Origin: Octopus sinensis
Taxonomy: Eukaryota
Direction of reading: 5' to 3'
Assembly (NCBI RefSeq): GCF_006345805.1
Contig: NC_043003.1
Location: 11,470,001 to 11,534,000, forward strand
Length of the DNA stretch: 64,000 bases
The translations under genes were made by a program, and so were the position numbers. Position 1 is the stretch's first letter. Each line of letters opens with the position of its first letter. This document shows, piece by piece, positions 48,385 through 60,790 of the stretch. The notes beneath the pieces are model-generated. The model saw nothing but the letters and a program-made list of their open reading frames with translations, was not told where the DNA came from and ran no database searches.

Positions 48385-48535
48385 AATGTACCGAAGGGCA
48401 TCTAACTGCAAAAACTGTGCCAAAACTGACAGTGGCGCTTGGAGCAGTCCTCCGGCTTGCCAGCTCCTATCAGATCATCCAATCTGTGCCTGCCCCAAAG
48501 ATGGGTTTTAAATGATGATGATGATGATGATGATG
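48385..48535 (+). mobile_element. Group C 3' fragment
   Basis: 'GAAGGGCATCTAACTGCAAAAACTGTGCC' plus a (GAT)n tail. Confidence 0.65.
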
Positions 48536-48552
48536 AAGAAGAAGAATATGTA

Positions 48553-48706
48553 GGTGTGGTTGTGTGGTAAGAAGTTTGCTTTCCAACCACTTGGTTCCAG
48601 GTTCAGTCTCACTGTGTGGCACCTTGGGCATGTATTGTATTATATAACCTCAGGCTGATCAACGCATTATGAGTAAGTTTGATAGGTGGAAACTGGATGA
48701 AGCTCA

Positions 48707-48741
<35 letters not shown>

Positions 48742-49275
48742 TGCGTGTGTATTCTTGCTTTGATGTGTTTCAGGTTCAGTCCTGCTGTGTGGCACCTTGG
48801 GCAAGTGTCCTCTATTATAGCCCCAGGCCAACCAAAGTCTTTTGAGTAGGTTTGGTAGGTGGAAACTGGATGAAGCTCATTATGTGTGTGTGTGTGTGTG
48901 TGTGCTTGCTTTGATATTATGCTTCAGGTTCAGTCCCACTGTGTGGCACCTTGGGCAAGTGTCCTATTATAGCTCTGGGCCAACCAAAGCATTATGAATA
49001 AGCTTGGTGGGGGGAAACTGAACGAAACTCATCATATATGTATGTGTGTGTGTGTGTGTATCCTTGCTTTGATATTATATGTTAATTCTAAACAAGTATT
49101 GCTGTCATACAGTTGGTAGCCAGCATTTGAAAAATGTAACTGGTCATGTGGAAATATTACCTTTCTTGGAAACTGGTGAGGGTTGGTGACAGGAAGGGCA
49201 CCCAGCTGCAGAAAATCTGCCTGAAAAATTTCCATCTGACTTGGGGAAAAGTGGATGTTATAATGATGGTGATGG
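48553..49275 (+). mobile_element. Tandemly triplicated SINE A head followed by a G body
   Basis: 'CAGGTTCAGTC..CTG.GTGGCACCTTGGGCA' at 48598, 48771 and 48925; G body 49060-49275. Confidence 0.85.
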
Positions 49276-49699
49276 TGCCTGTTTCCAATCTTATTTTAGT
49301 GAATAAGTAAGGTATTCTTCCTAATTGGCATTTGGTAATGTTTAGAAAATAAATATAACATAGAAATGTATGTATAACATCAAGAAAAGAAAAAAATTTA
49401 AATCCTATTGATTTATTTGGGTTTTTTTTTTTTTAGTTTAGGAAAACCTTTTGAAAATTAGGAAATTGTCAAACTCGTTACAAGAATGAAATTAAATGAA
49501 AAAAATTATTCTTAAGAATTTCAAGTGTATTTTCAACTTTTTATCTATTTTATCCATTCCCCCCTCTCTCTTGCTATCTCTCTTACTCTCTCTGTCCGTC
49601 TGTGTGTCTTTCTCTGTCTGTCTGTCTTTCTCTGTCTGTCTGTCTTTCTCTGTCCGTCTGTCTTTCTCTTTCTTACTCTGTGACATGCACACAGACACA

Positions 49700-49856
49700 C
49701 ACACACACACACACACACCCTGGGCTTCCACACAATTTCTGTCTACCAAATTCACTCAGAAAGCATTGGCCAGACTCAGGCTATAGCTGCTGTGCAGCAG
49801 GTCTGAACCAGCAACCTTATGGTTGCAAACCAAGCCTCTTACCCACACAGCTGTGT
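49700..49856 (-). mobile_element. Degenerate SINE group A head
   Basis: 'TTTCTGTCTACCAAATTCACTCAGAAAGC...CTTACCCACACAGC'. Confidence 0.65.
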
Positions 49857-50335
49857 CTGCTGAGAAACCCAATAAACCAATTCTTTGAACCTAAACTACC
49901 CTGTAGTATCATATTCTTCCCAAGTCGCACACGGTCTTCCTTTGTCACTCTTATCATCACAAAACACAGAAAGCTAGAGATCGTTCGCTCTTTTGGAAAT
50001 CTGCACCCAGTGATGCTGTTGTTCACAGAATGCAATATAAAAAAGGTGTGGAACGTAACAAGTTGAGAAATTGAAAGATTTAATGATTTTTTTTTTTCTT
50101 TCTCTCTCTTTTGTATTTCTGAAAAGATTTAAACTAGATTTTGATTGCTATATGCTGCTATAGAATAGGACAAAAGTAGATTTCGATTGCTGTATACTTC
50201 TATAGAACAGGATAAAAAAATATATATTTGGATATTGAAGGGGAATTATTTAGTTTAACTGTGAGAGGAGTTAAAAGACAGAAACGTTGATTGAAATTCG
50301 GGTGGATTGGTGGTAAATTAGTTCATTATCATTAT

Positions 50336-50450
50336 CATCATCATCATCTAATGTCCATTTTCCATGCTGGTATGAGTCGGATGGTTTGACCAGTGCTGGT
50401 AAGCTAAGGGGCTGTACCAGACTCCTGTCTGATTTGGCATAGTTTCTATG
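50336..50450 (-). mobile_element. Group C 3' fragment
   Basis: (ATC)n followed by 'TTTCCATGCTGGTATGAGTCGGATGG'. Confidence 0.7.
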
Positions 50451-50520
50451 ACTGGGGTTGATGTAATTGACTTAATCCCCTCACCCAAGCTGCCCTTGTG
50501 GAAAAAATTGGAAATCATCA

Positions 50521-50564
<44 letters not shown>

Positions 50565-50738
50565 TTTCAGTGAAATGAAGTGAGGGATAAAATTTATTAA
50601 GATTAGGGGACAGTTGTACTCATTATAGGGGTTGTTAATTTCTTTACGTGATGTGCAAAATAAGTTCTGCAAAGGAGGGGGGGTGGATTGCTGATTGGAT
50701 TATTACAAGGTTATTACTGGTATTTATTTTAGAGATTA

Positions 50739-51150
50739 GGTGCAGGCATGGCTGTATGGTTAAGAAGTTTGCTTTGCAACTGCATGGTTTCAGGTTCAGT
50801 CCCATTGCATGGCACCTTGAGCAAGTGTCTTCTTTTACAGCCCTGGGCCGACCAGTGCCTTTTGAGTGAATTCTGTAGACAGAAACTGCATAGAAGCCTG
50901 TTGTGTGTGTTTGTGTGTTCATATTTATGAGAGAAAGAGAGAGTGTCTTTAAGTTTGTCCCCTCCATTGTTTGACAACTGGTGTTGGTTTGTTTATGTTC
51001 CCATAACCTAGCGGTTTGCCAAAAGTGGCTTATCAATCTGTTTTGCCAAAGTACCAGACCTAAAATGAAGTACTGGTGTCAATCTCTTCGACCAAACACT
51101 TCAAGGCAGTGCACCAGCATGGCCACAGTCCAATGACTGAAACACACAGC
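50739..51150 (+). mobile_element. Full-length SINE group A, diverged
   Basis: Head, (TG/GA) spacer and tail all present. Confidence 0.85.
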
Positions 51151-51639
51151 AGATAAAAGTTAAAACCCATAAATCTGAGAGGGTAGTATTTACACCATAC
51201 GCCAAATGTGGAGCGACGTGGATGGAGAGGTACTTAACTAATATTACAGACACACTGTATGTTTCTGTCAATATCATCACAAACTTGTGCTGATTTCCAA
51301 TTCCATTTGGCATGAGTCACATGAGAAGTGGCAACTGAATAATTTCTCTGGGTAAAAGAAAGAAAATAAAAGATATCACTCCGAAGACAGGCTCTAGAAA
51401 TACTATTTAATTCCACAGTTGGTTCGACAAGAAAAGACATCGAATTCTCATAATGTCTACTTCGGATTAATACAGCCGAGATGTGATGTAAGGTTATGTG
51501 ATGCAGTTGTGTGTGTCTGTGTGGTGTGTGCATTTAATAATTCAAAATTCCAGGCTTGTTTTCTCATTAAAAATAATGTGCTTGTTTATATACAAGTATG
51601 CATGTTCCTGTGAACGTTATATGTCGCTATCTATATGTC

Positions 51640-51701
51640 TGTCTATCTATCTATCTATCTATATATATATATATATTATATATATATATATATAATATAT
51701 A

Positions 51702-51734
<33 letters not shown>

Positions 51735-52060
51735 GATATATATATATATATCCATCTATCTGTCTATCTATCTAGATAGCTAGATATAAAGATAAAGATA
51801 GATAGATAGCAAGATGGAGAAAGATAGATAGATAGATATATAGATAAATAGATAGATGGATAAAGATAGATGGATAGATAAAGATAGATGGATAGATAAA
51901 GATAGATGGATAGATAGATAGCTAGCTAGATAGATAGATGGATAGATAGATAGCTATAGATAGATGGATGGATAGATAGATAGATAAAAATAGATAGATA
52001 GATATAGATAGCTAGATAGATAGATATAGATAGATAAAGATAGATAGATAGATGTATATG
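51640..52060. repeat. (TATC)n/(TA)n/(GATA)n microsatellite block
   Basis: Direct inspection. Confidence 0.95.
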
Positions 52061-52737
52061 TGTGTGCACATTTGTACGCGTAAATATCCATATATAAATA
52101 TACATGCACATGAATTCATGGTGATTGTCATGCAAATATATAGTCTTACATGACAATACAATAATTCTGCGAACCATTTTTATAGAATTTGCTGTTGCCG
52201 CTGTTGAATCATAGAAGTAAAGCCCATTTGACTACATCCTACTTCCTATCGGTTCTTTCATGTTTTTGCCCGTTTTATTGGTATTTAAAAGTCGTAGCCT
52301 TGTTCACAATAAAATTCTTATGCAGCTTCCATGCAGGAATCACTTCCTTGTAAGATAAATTATTTTGTCACAAGAAAGTGCAGAGCTCTGAAGTTCCACA
52401 GTTCCAGGTCTCTTTGTTAGAGAAGAGAGAGAGAGAGGAGAGAGAGAAGAAAAGATTATATATATATATATGTAGATAGAGAGAGAGAGAGATGGGGAGG
52501 AAAAACGAAATGTTTATTCAGCATTGCTACCGAATATTTCATTTCTCTCTGAGAAAAGGTTTTAATGGTAATATTTGAAATTCTCCTTTTGTTTATCATA
52601 AAATGATTTATATCGTTCTACAAGCAAGTTGTACTTATTATTTATCTGTGCAGTCCATCGGAAATTTGCTTGATTTTTTTTTTTCTTGTTTTATTTTATT
52701 ACTTCTTCTGGATTGACAGAATTCCCAGACAAAATCA

Positions 52738-52985
52738 TCATCATTGTTATGATCACTTTAACATCCACTTCTTCATGCTTACATGGGTTGGACAGAGTTC
52801 ACCGAGGTAGCTTTCCTACAGCCGGATGCCTTTCCTGCTACCGACCCTCATCTATTAACAAACAAGATTATATTTCCCCATGGCCAGGCATATTTTTGCA
52901 GAATATTGGAAACAAACGGCACTGCTTGTATGACAGTGACACTCATTTACAGCTACCATGTGATGTCAAGACAGAGAGACACCAA
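52738..52985 (-). mobile_element. Group G body
   Basis: 'CCGGATGCCTTTCCTGCTACC...ATATTTCCCCATGGCCAGGCAT...CTGCTTGTATGACAGTGAC'. Confidence 0.75.
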
Positions 52986-53217
52986 CATCACATACACACA
53001 CATACATATGTATGTTCTTTCTGAAATAATTTCTTTTCTTCTTTCATAAATAACTGTAAATTGTCACTCTTTTGTTTATTATATATATATATATATAATA
53101 TATATAATATATATATATATTAGTGTGTGTGTGTGTGTGTGTGTATTTTTCCCTTGTTAACAATTTACTAGTGTCGGAAGTAGAAGTATTTGAATTATAT
53201 CTGCGTTAAACTCCATT

Positions 53218-53255
<38 letters not shown>

Positions 53256-53265
53256 TATATATATA

Positions 53266-53655
53266 GACGCAGGAGTGGCTGTGTGGTAAGTTGCTTGCTT
53301 ACCAACCACATGGTTCCGGGTTCAGTCCCACTGCATGGCACCTTGGGCAAGTGTCTTCTACTATAGCCTTGGGCCGACCAAAGCCTTGTGAGTGGATTTG
53401 GTAGATGGAAACTGAAAGAAGCCCGTCGTATATATGTGCGTGTGTGTATGCTTGTGTGTCTGTGTTTGTCCCACCCCACACCATCGCTTGACAACCAATG
53501 TTGGTGTGTTCATGTCCCTGTAACTTAGCGGTTCGGCAAAAGAGACTGATAGAATAAGTACTAGGCTTACAAAGAATAAGTACTGGGGTCGATTTGTTCG
53601 ACTAAAAACGGTGCTCCGGCATGGCCGCAGTCAAATGACTGAAACAAATAAAAGA
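53266..53655 (+). mobile_element. Full-length SINE group A, near-consensus
   Basis: 'GACGCAGGAGTGGCTGTGTGGTAAG...CCAACCACATGGTTCCGGGTTCAGTCCC...GGCCGCAGTCAAATGACTGAAACAA'. Confidence 0.93.
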
Positions 53656-54154
53656 AGCATGCATATTTATACACACACACACACATTTATATATACACAT
53701 ATATAAATACACACATATACACACACTCACACACACTCATGTTGTTTACTTATAATAAGCTGGTGGATTTTTAGGCAGTGTTTATATTCTTGATGCTCTG
53801 AACACCAGAATATTGAATGGTAGTTGCCCAGGTGTTGAAACCATGGTGAATATCCATTTGGACAGCTGATGACTGGAATGCACATGTGTTACACTTCCTT
53901 GATTGTGAATTTCTTATATATTCGTCTCATTATTCTGGGTTATCCTTCATTCTTGTCAAGGAGATTCACAGTTCCTGAGGATTGCCTGCTTTGTTTAGTT
54001 TTACTTAAGTATTGGTGTCTGCTTTTGGGAGATTCTGTAGCATATAAAGATATATGTGTGTGTGTACATGTACATATATTTGTGTGTGTATATATTTTTG
54101 TTTTTTTAATTTTTATCTAGTTTCAGCTCACAAGCTGTGGCCATGCTCGGGCAC

Positions 54155-54185
<31 letters not shown>

Positions 54186-54539
54186 GAGCATGGAAAGCGG
54201 ATGTTAAATGATGATGATATATCTCAGAATAAGAAGCACACTCTAAAGAATAGAGCAATAGGTATTAAGACATAAAGTCTGGTCATAGAGTGATGAATAG
54301 TTTCGTATTCATGAAAGCTACAACCTTGTGGACAGCTCATCAGACTCTATACACACTTTAAATTTATGCTTTAATATATATATATATATGGTCGAACCGT
54401 CCAACCCATGCTAGCATGGAAAACAGACATTAAACATGAATGTAAATGAGACTGAGAGCTGGTGACTGCTCAGTACTATAAATATAACAACACAGGTACA
54501 TTAGTCAACCATTAGTGGTTGTAGATGTCATTAACTAGT

Positions 54540-55250
54540 CGGCTCTTGCTTTTTGTCTTTCCTCTTATTTTGACTTTTCATTCCTAGTGATTTGCAGCAT
54601 TGCTCTGCTTCTCCATACTTTGGTCCTCCTCAGCCTACCTTTCGATGTACTGAATGAGAAGATTGTGTGTGTGGGGGGTGATGGTTGGGGTACATGCATA
54701 TCTAACCTGTCTGTTATTCTTTTGGTTGGGGTACATGCATATCTAACCCATCTGTTATTCTTTTGGTTGGGGTACATGCATATCTAACCCGTCTGTTATT
54801 CTTTTGGTTGGGGTACATGCATATCTAACCCGTCTGTTATTCTTTTGGTTGGGGTACATGCATATCTAACCCGTCTGTTATTCTTTTGGTTGGGGTACAT
54901 GCATATCTAACCCGTCTGTTATTCTTTTGGTTGGGGTACATGCATATCTAACCCGTCTGTTATTTTGGTTGGGGTACATGCATATCTAACCCGTCTGTTA
55001 TTCTTTTCTCACACTCTTATGGCACTACCCACCTTTTGCTTTTCCCTTGCTCCGCTGTCCATAGTGTCCTCTCTGATGCTCACCTTTATGTACCTCCAGA
55101 GTTTCCTCTGGCACCCCATCACTGCCATCTTTATCTTCTTCATAGATACCCTCACCCCTTCTGATATAAATGCAGGGGATACCCATGTGTCTCCTCTGTT
55201 GCAAAACACCTGTACCTATCCCTGCCCCCCTGTCATACCTTAACCGTTTG
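54540..55250 (-). mobile_element. Possible decayed LINE (RTE-like) 3' remnant flanking the 41-bp array
   Basis: Peptides 'MKKIKMAVMGCQRKLWRYIKV' and 'KGRLRRTKVWR' weakly resemble RTE ORF2 C-terminal motifs; resemblance judged by eye only. Confidence 0.3.
54685..55007. repeat. 41-bp minisatellite, eight copies
   Basis: 'TTGGGGTACATGCATATCTAACCCGTCTGTTATTCTTTTGG' starts at 54685, 54726, 54767, 54808, 54849, 54890, 54931 and 54969. Confidence 0.97.
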
Positions 55251-55408
55251 ACCCCCCCTTGAGACCAACCTGTCTCAGACCACACTGGTTCTATCATACC
55301 AACCTCCTGTTTTAAAAGTGATGTAAATTAAAACTTTTCATTAAAATTCCATGTTAATTTGTTTAATAATGATCATGTTAAATTATTTTGAAAATTAATT
55401 GAAACATA

Positions 55409-55804
55409 GGCGCAGGAGTGGCTGTGTGGTAAGTAGCTTGCTTACCTACCACATGGTTCCGGGTTCAGTCCCACTGCGTGTCATCTTGGGCAAGTGTCTT
55501 CTGCTATAGCCCCGGGCTGACCAATGCCTTGTGAGTGGATTTGGTAGACGGAAGCCTGTCGTATATATGTATATATATGTATGTGTGTGTGTGTTTTATG
55601 TGTCTGTGTTTGTCCCCCTAGCATTGCTTGACAGCCGATGCTGGTGTGTTTACGTCCCCGTCACTTAGCAGTTCGACAAAAGAGACCGATAGAATAAGTA
55701 CTGGGCTTACAAAGAATAAGTCCTGGGGTCGATTTGCTCGACTAAAGGCGGTGCTCCAGCATGGCCGCAGTCAAATGACTGAAACAAGTAAAAGAGTAAA
55801 GAGT
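55409..55804 (+). mobile_element. Full-length SINE group A, near-consensus
   Basis: Complete head, spacer and tail with an (AAAGAGT)n end. Confidence 0.93.
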
Positions 55805-55969
55805 AATAGGCAATGTATTTCAAAACGGAAATGGTTAAGGAAAGGGCAAATGTTTGGTATAGAGCCATCTCCTCTTCTCAGATACTTAGCTACGTACTTT
55901 TAGTTATAGGGTCTTTTTCATTTTTTTCTCCCCTCGTTCTTTTTCTGCCTTGCTAGTTATTTAGCTGCA

Positions 55970-56142
55970 TGAAAAAGCACCCAGCACCCACTGTAAAGTG
56001 GTTAACATTAGGAAGGGCATCCAACTGCAGAAAACCACGTCAAAGCTGACACTGGAACTCAACACTGCATTGCAGTTTGTTGGATCCTGTCGAACTGTTC
56101 GACCCAAGCCACCTCAGAGAACAAGCATTAAATGGTGATGAT
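55970..56142 (+). mobile_element. Diverged group C element
   Basis: 'CATTAGGAAGGGCATCCAACTGCAGAAAACC'. Confidence 0.7.
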
Positions 56143-56929
56143 GTGGCTAATCAAGAAGAAAGGGAAAAAGTGAGAGAGAGAGAGAGAGCGGATGTTAGTG
56201 TTCGTTATTGTGGTGATATTCTTTTACTATTTGTGTAATGTAATATAGATTATTTCATGAGATAAAAACTAAGATTTGAGTTATGGATAAGCAAGATTTA
56301 AGACCTGTGTCTCTATGAGAGAGAGAGAAAGAGAAGGGTAAGAGATTGTGAGAGAGAAAGAAAGAGAGAGAGAGTAACTCTGTATGAAGTTAATTTGTAT
56401 TCCCTGGTCTAAAAATTGACTGAATTGTTATCTATAATAACTAGTTTCCAATATCTATGATAAATTTGTGAAAATTTATGGTTTTAAAAAAATATGGAAT
56501 TTAACTTAAGATTTTCATTGTATCTTATTTAAAAATACTAGCAAATTACACTAATTTGAATTCCAAGAATAACTATTATTAGCATTATTTCAGTTCACTG
56601 TTCTTTATTTTTGGAGAGATTTTAATGACGATCTGTTTTTCTTTGTTTTTGAAAAACTTCTTCATTTATTTATAAAAATATATCAACTCTGCTACCAACT
56701 TTTTTTTTTTTTTTGTTTTAATTACTTCTAATCTGTTGAACAAGACAGGTTGTTTGAAATTCATTGAATTATTTTTATATTTTTATCAATTTTTCAAAAG
56801 AATATTGCATTCATGAAATTGTACAGTTTGACATTTAGGAAATAAACAGGCCATGTTTGATAACCTGTCCATCATTGAATAGTTGCTATAAAACTGATGG
56901 ATGGACAGATGGTATTTTTACTTGTACAA

Positions 56930-57200
56930 GGGTTTGGCCTTACAAATCAACCCCAGTACTAATTCAATTGATTCCATTTGCTGAACTGTTAAGTTATAGG
57001 TGATGTCAAGAGACCAACACCGGTTGTCAAGAGTTGGTGAGGGGGACACACACACACCACACACACACACACACTGGCTTCTTTCACTATCATCGCCCAA
57101 ATCCACTCACAGGGCTTTGGGCAAGGCATTTGTCCAAGGTGTCACACTGTGGGACTGAACCCAGAACTAAGTGGCTGGGAAGCAAATTTCCTACTACACC
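56930..57200 (-). mobile_element. Diverged SINE group A
   Basis: 'CACCGGTTGTCAAGAG...GTCCAAGGTGTCACACTGTGGGACTGAACCC'. Confidence 0.75.
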
Positions 57201-57348
57201 TGAACACACACACACACACACAGTAATCCCTCACCATATTGCGGTTCACCTGTCTAGGTTTATTATTTAAGCCTACATCGATTTCTCTGTGGTGGTGTTT
57301 TGCATTTATAATAAAATAAATATATATAACTATATATAAATATATATA

Positions 57349-57516
57349 GGCGCAGGAGTGGCTGTTTGGTAAGTAGCTTGCTTACCAACCACATGGTCCT
57401 GGGTTCAGTCCCACTGTGTGGCACCTTGGGTAAGTGTCTTCTATATCCTCAGGCTGACCAAAGCCTTGTGAGTGGATTTGGTAGACAGAAACTGAAAGAA
57501 GCCCGTCGTATATATG
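57349..57516 (+). mobile_element. SINE group A head
   Basis: 'GGCGCAGGAGTGGCTG...GAAAGAAGCCCGTCG'. Confidence 0.88.
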
Positions 57517-57650
57517 TATTAAAAGTTTTCATACAAATTCTGCATAAACTAACAGAGTTCCACTTTTATTGCTAGTAAAAGGAGTAATCCTGTTTGCATG
57601 ATGACATATGATAGCTGACAACTGTACAAGAGCTTTGAACTGCACATTAG

Positions 57651-57683
<33 letters not shown>

Positions 57684-58543
57684 AAGGGTACACTTTATTG
57701 TATTAAGTTACAGGGTGTGTGTGTGTGTGAGAGCTGGTATATTCAAAGAAACACTTGCAATGAATTTTGAGCTCAGATCTTGCAATGAAGTTTTATAGTC
57801 CAATATGTAATTTATTCCAGCATTTCAGATGAGGTAGGAATGGTTGGTGTGGGTGGGTGGGTGGCTGGCTGGTAGCAAATGAATGAAAGAAGAGACATCA
57901 GATTGGAATTTTTCTCCATCTTGTATTCAGAAATAAGACAGTGAATTTTTACATCTACTTACATTTCAATATTCTTTATTATTATTATTTTTTTCTTAAC
58001 ACATACACATATATATATATATACATACATACGTATATAATCTTATCTGTTTAAATACTTGTTCCTACCACCTCTGCTGCCACCCTCATTCTCTTTAGAT
58101 CTGTCTGTCTGTCTGTCTCTCACACTCACAAATCATTTTGCTCAGTTCCTAATCTCTTTTTTTTTTTTTTTTTTTTGTACCTCCTATCATTCACCTGCTT
58201 TAACTGCATTACATTTAATCAAGTCACTTTTATCTATGACACAGTCTTACCTGACTCTCGTGTCTGTTACTACCCATTCTTCAGTTTTTACTCTTTATCT
58301 TCTTTCTCTACACCCCCGCCCCCTTTCCCCCCCAGTTCTCCCTCTCTCTCTTTATTTCTCCCTCGTTCTCTTTCTCTCTCACCCCTTATCTCTCTCCAGA
58401 TTTAAAAGGCACTATAGAGGCAGAAGGGCACCGCGGAACCATTAAATTTACAACTGATTCTCCGTAGATTAAGCTAAATATTAATTTCAATCCATGAAGC
58501 TCTGGCAACAGCTCTAGTTTCTTAATCTATCCCTCTCCCTTCC

Positions 58544-58579
<36 letters not shown>

Positions 58580-58704
58580 GCTCTCTGTTCCCCCCTCCCT
58601 CCCACCTTTTCTCTTGCTCTCACCACCTCTCCCTATCTCTCTCTCACTCAGTAGAGTGTGTCTAGGTTTGTTTTCTTTTGAAATTACAATGAAATTCACT
58701 CATT

Positions 58705-58709
58705 ATTAC

Positions 58710-58754
<45 letters not shown>

Positions 58755-58820
58755 CATTATTGTTATTATTATTGTTATTGTTATTATTAGTAGTAGTATT
58801 AGTTGTAGTAGTAGTGGTAG
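58705..58820. repeat. (ATT)n/(GTA)n microsatellite
   Basis: Direct inspection. Confidence 0.95.
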
Positions 58821-59920
58821 TCCATTTAGCTGTGCTTTGGAAAGCTGTAAGTCTCTAATTTAGTTTCTCTGATCTTTTAATGGTGTATGGGAAACATTCA
58901 GTTTGGAACCATCTTAAAATTTATCAAGGAGTTTGAATTAAATAAATAAATGAATGAAAGAATAAATAAATAATAAATGAAAGAATAAATAAATTAAATT
59001 TGAAAAAAAAAATAAGCAAAATAAAACTAAGAACTAAACAAAAAAGAACGAAACTTAAAATTGAATTTAAAAAGTAATAAAAAAAATTTTTTTTTTTTTA
59101 AATAAGAGAAAAATAAAAAAAAAATAAAGAAAGGAGAAAAAAACAAAGGGAAGGCCATCCTGAAAACATAAAAGAAAAAAACTTGCAGCTGGAATGAAAA
59201 TTTTGAGTTGTGTTGAAATAAGTTTTAAAAAGAAGGAAAGAAAAAAAGGAATGCGTGGGGGGATGGGGGGGGGAAGAATTATAAAATAAACAATGATGGC
59301 AAAACCAAAAAAAAAAAAAATGAAAAACAAACCAAAATAAATGCATGTAAACAAAGAAATCTTGTGCAGCATCAACAGAATTTGCTGATTGGTTTCTGGG
59401 TTACAAGAACAATATTCTTTCTTTTTTAATACAATGATAGCAAATCTTTTCATTCCGTTTAAAGTCCTTCTCTTGTTTTAAACCCCCCCCCCCACCCCGC
59501 CACCGCCGCTCCATCGCCACCACCACCACCACCACCACCACTGCCATCACGTTATTTCTACGTCCATTCTGGAGAAGAATTTTGTGAAAAAAAAAATTCT
59601 TTGTATTTGTTTAAATGTTCTCACAAGGTTTGGTTCCATTGACACATTCCACACCTCCACCCAGCCACCCACCCATTGTTTTTGTCATTTGATCATCTAG
59701 ACTGGGATTCCAGTTCAATTCCTGACTGATCTCTCTCTCCCTCCCCTCTCTATGGAGTGCAGAGAATCCTGTTTCCCTTGGTATATTTTGCCATACCACT
59801 TTGTCCTTTTGTATCATTCGTTGTGCTCATGTCGCTGTGTCACACAGCTTCCGTATTTCATCAATTGCACTATTTATTCATTTCTAAGTTTGGACAGGTG
59901 AGTACCTATGTATGTGGATA

Positions 59921-60063
59921 GGTGTGAGAGTAGCTGTGTGGTAAGCAGCTTGCTTACCAACCAAATGGTTCTGGGTTCAGTCCCACTGCGTGGCACCTTG
60001 CGCAAGGGACTTCTGCTATAAGCCTTGTGAGTGGATCTGGTAGATGGAAATTGAAAGCAGGCC

Positions 60064-60108
<45 letters not shown>

Positions 60109-60450
60109 GCCGATGCCAGCACCGCCTTTACTGGCGTCCGTGCCAGTGACACATAAAACGTACCAACTGATAATGGCCATTTGTCAGCCTCCTCTGGCCC
60201 CTGTACTGGTGGCACGTAAAATGCACCCACTACACTCATGGAGTGGTTGGCGTTAGGAAGGGCATCCAGCTGTAGAAACACTGCCTGATCAGACTGGAGC
60301 CTGGTGCAGCCTCTTGGCTTCCCAGACCCCGTTGAACTGTCCAACCCATGCTAGCATGGAAAGCGGACATTAAACAATGATGATGATGATATATATGTTT
60401 GTGTGTCTGTGTTTGTCCCCCCACCATCACTTGACAACCGATGTCGGTGT
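59921..60450 (+). mobile_element. SINE group A split by a group C element (about 60105-60389)
   Basis: A head, (TA)n, C element, then the start of the A tail 'TTTGTCCCCCCACCATCACTTGACAACCGATG'. Confidence 0.85.
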
Positions 60451-60611
60451 GTTTAGATAGATAGATAGATAGATAGATAGACAGACATAGTTGTTTGGTA
60501 TTCTCTTTGTTTCAATATTCACCTTTAGTATTTATACTCTAGAAACAGGACAACCAATGTAGGGACATAGCAATGCCTCAGTATCAAGTAAATGAATATA
60601 TCATCGTCAGC

Positions 60612-60790
60612 ATCACTACTATCATCATCATTGAAGTCTGCTTTTCCATACTTGCACGAGTCAGGTGTAATTTGTTGAGGCAAATTCTCTATGATCAGAT
60701 GCCCTTCTTGTCACCAACACTCACTCACCTGTTCCCAAGTTTCCCCTCGTATTAATGTAATATTGTTAATATTTTCCCCATGGCCAGACT
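60612..60790 (-). mobile_element. Group G fragment
   Basis: 'CTTTTCCATACTTGCACGAG...ATTTGTTGAGGCAAATTCTCTA...TTTTCCCCATGGCCAGAC'. Confidence 0.7.

Noticed and set aside
49900-50070. Peptide 'HTVFLCHSY...' resembling the start of a TIR domain
   Set aside because: The similarity is limited to about six residues and the frame stops after about 50 codons.
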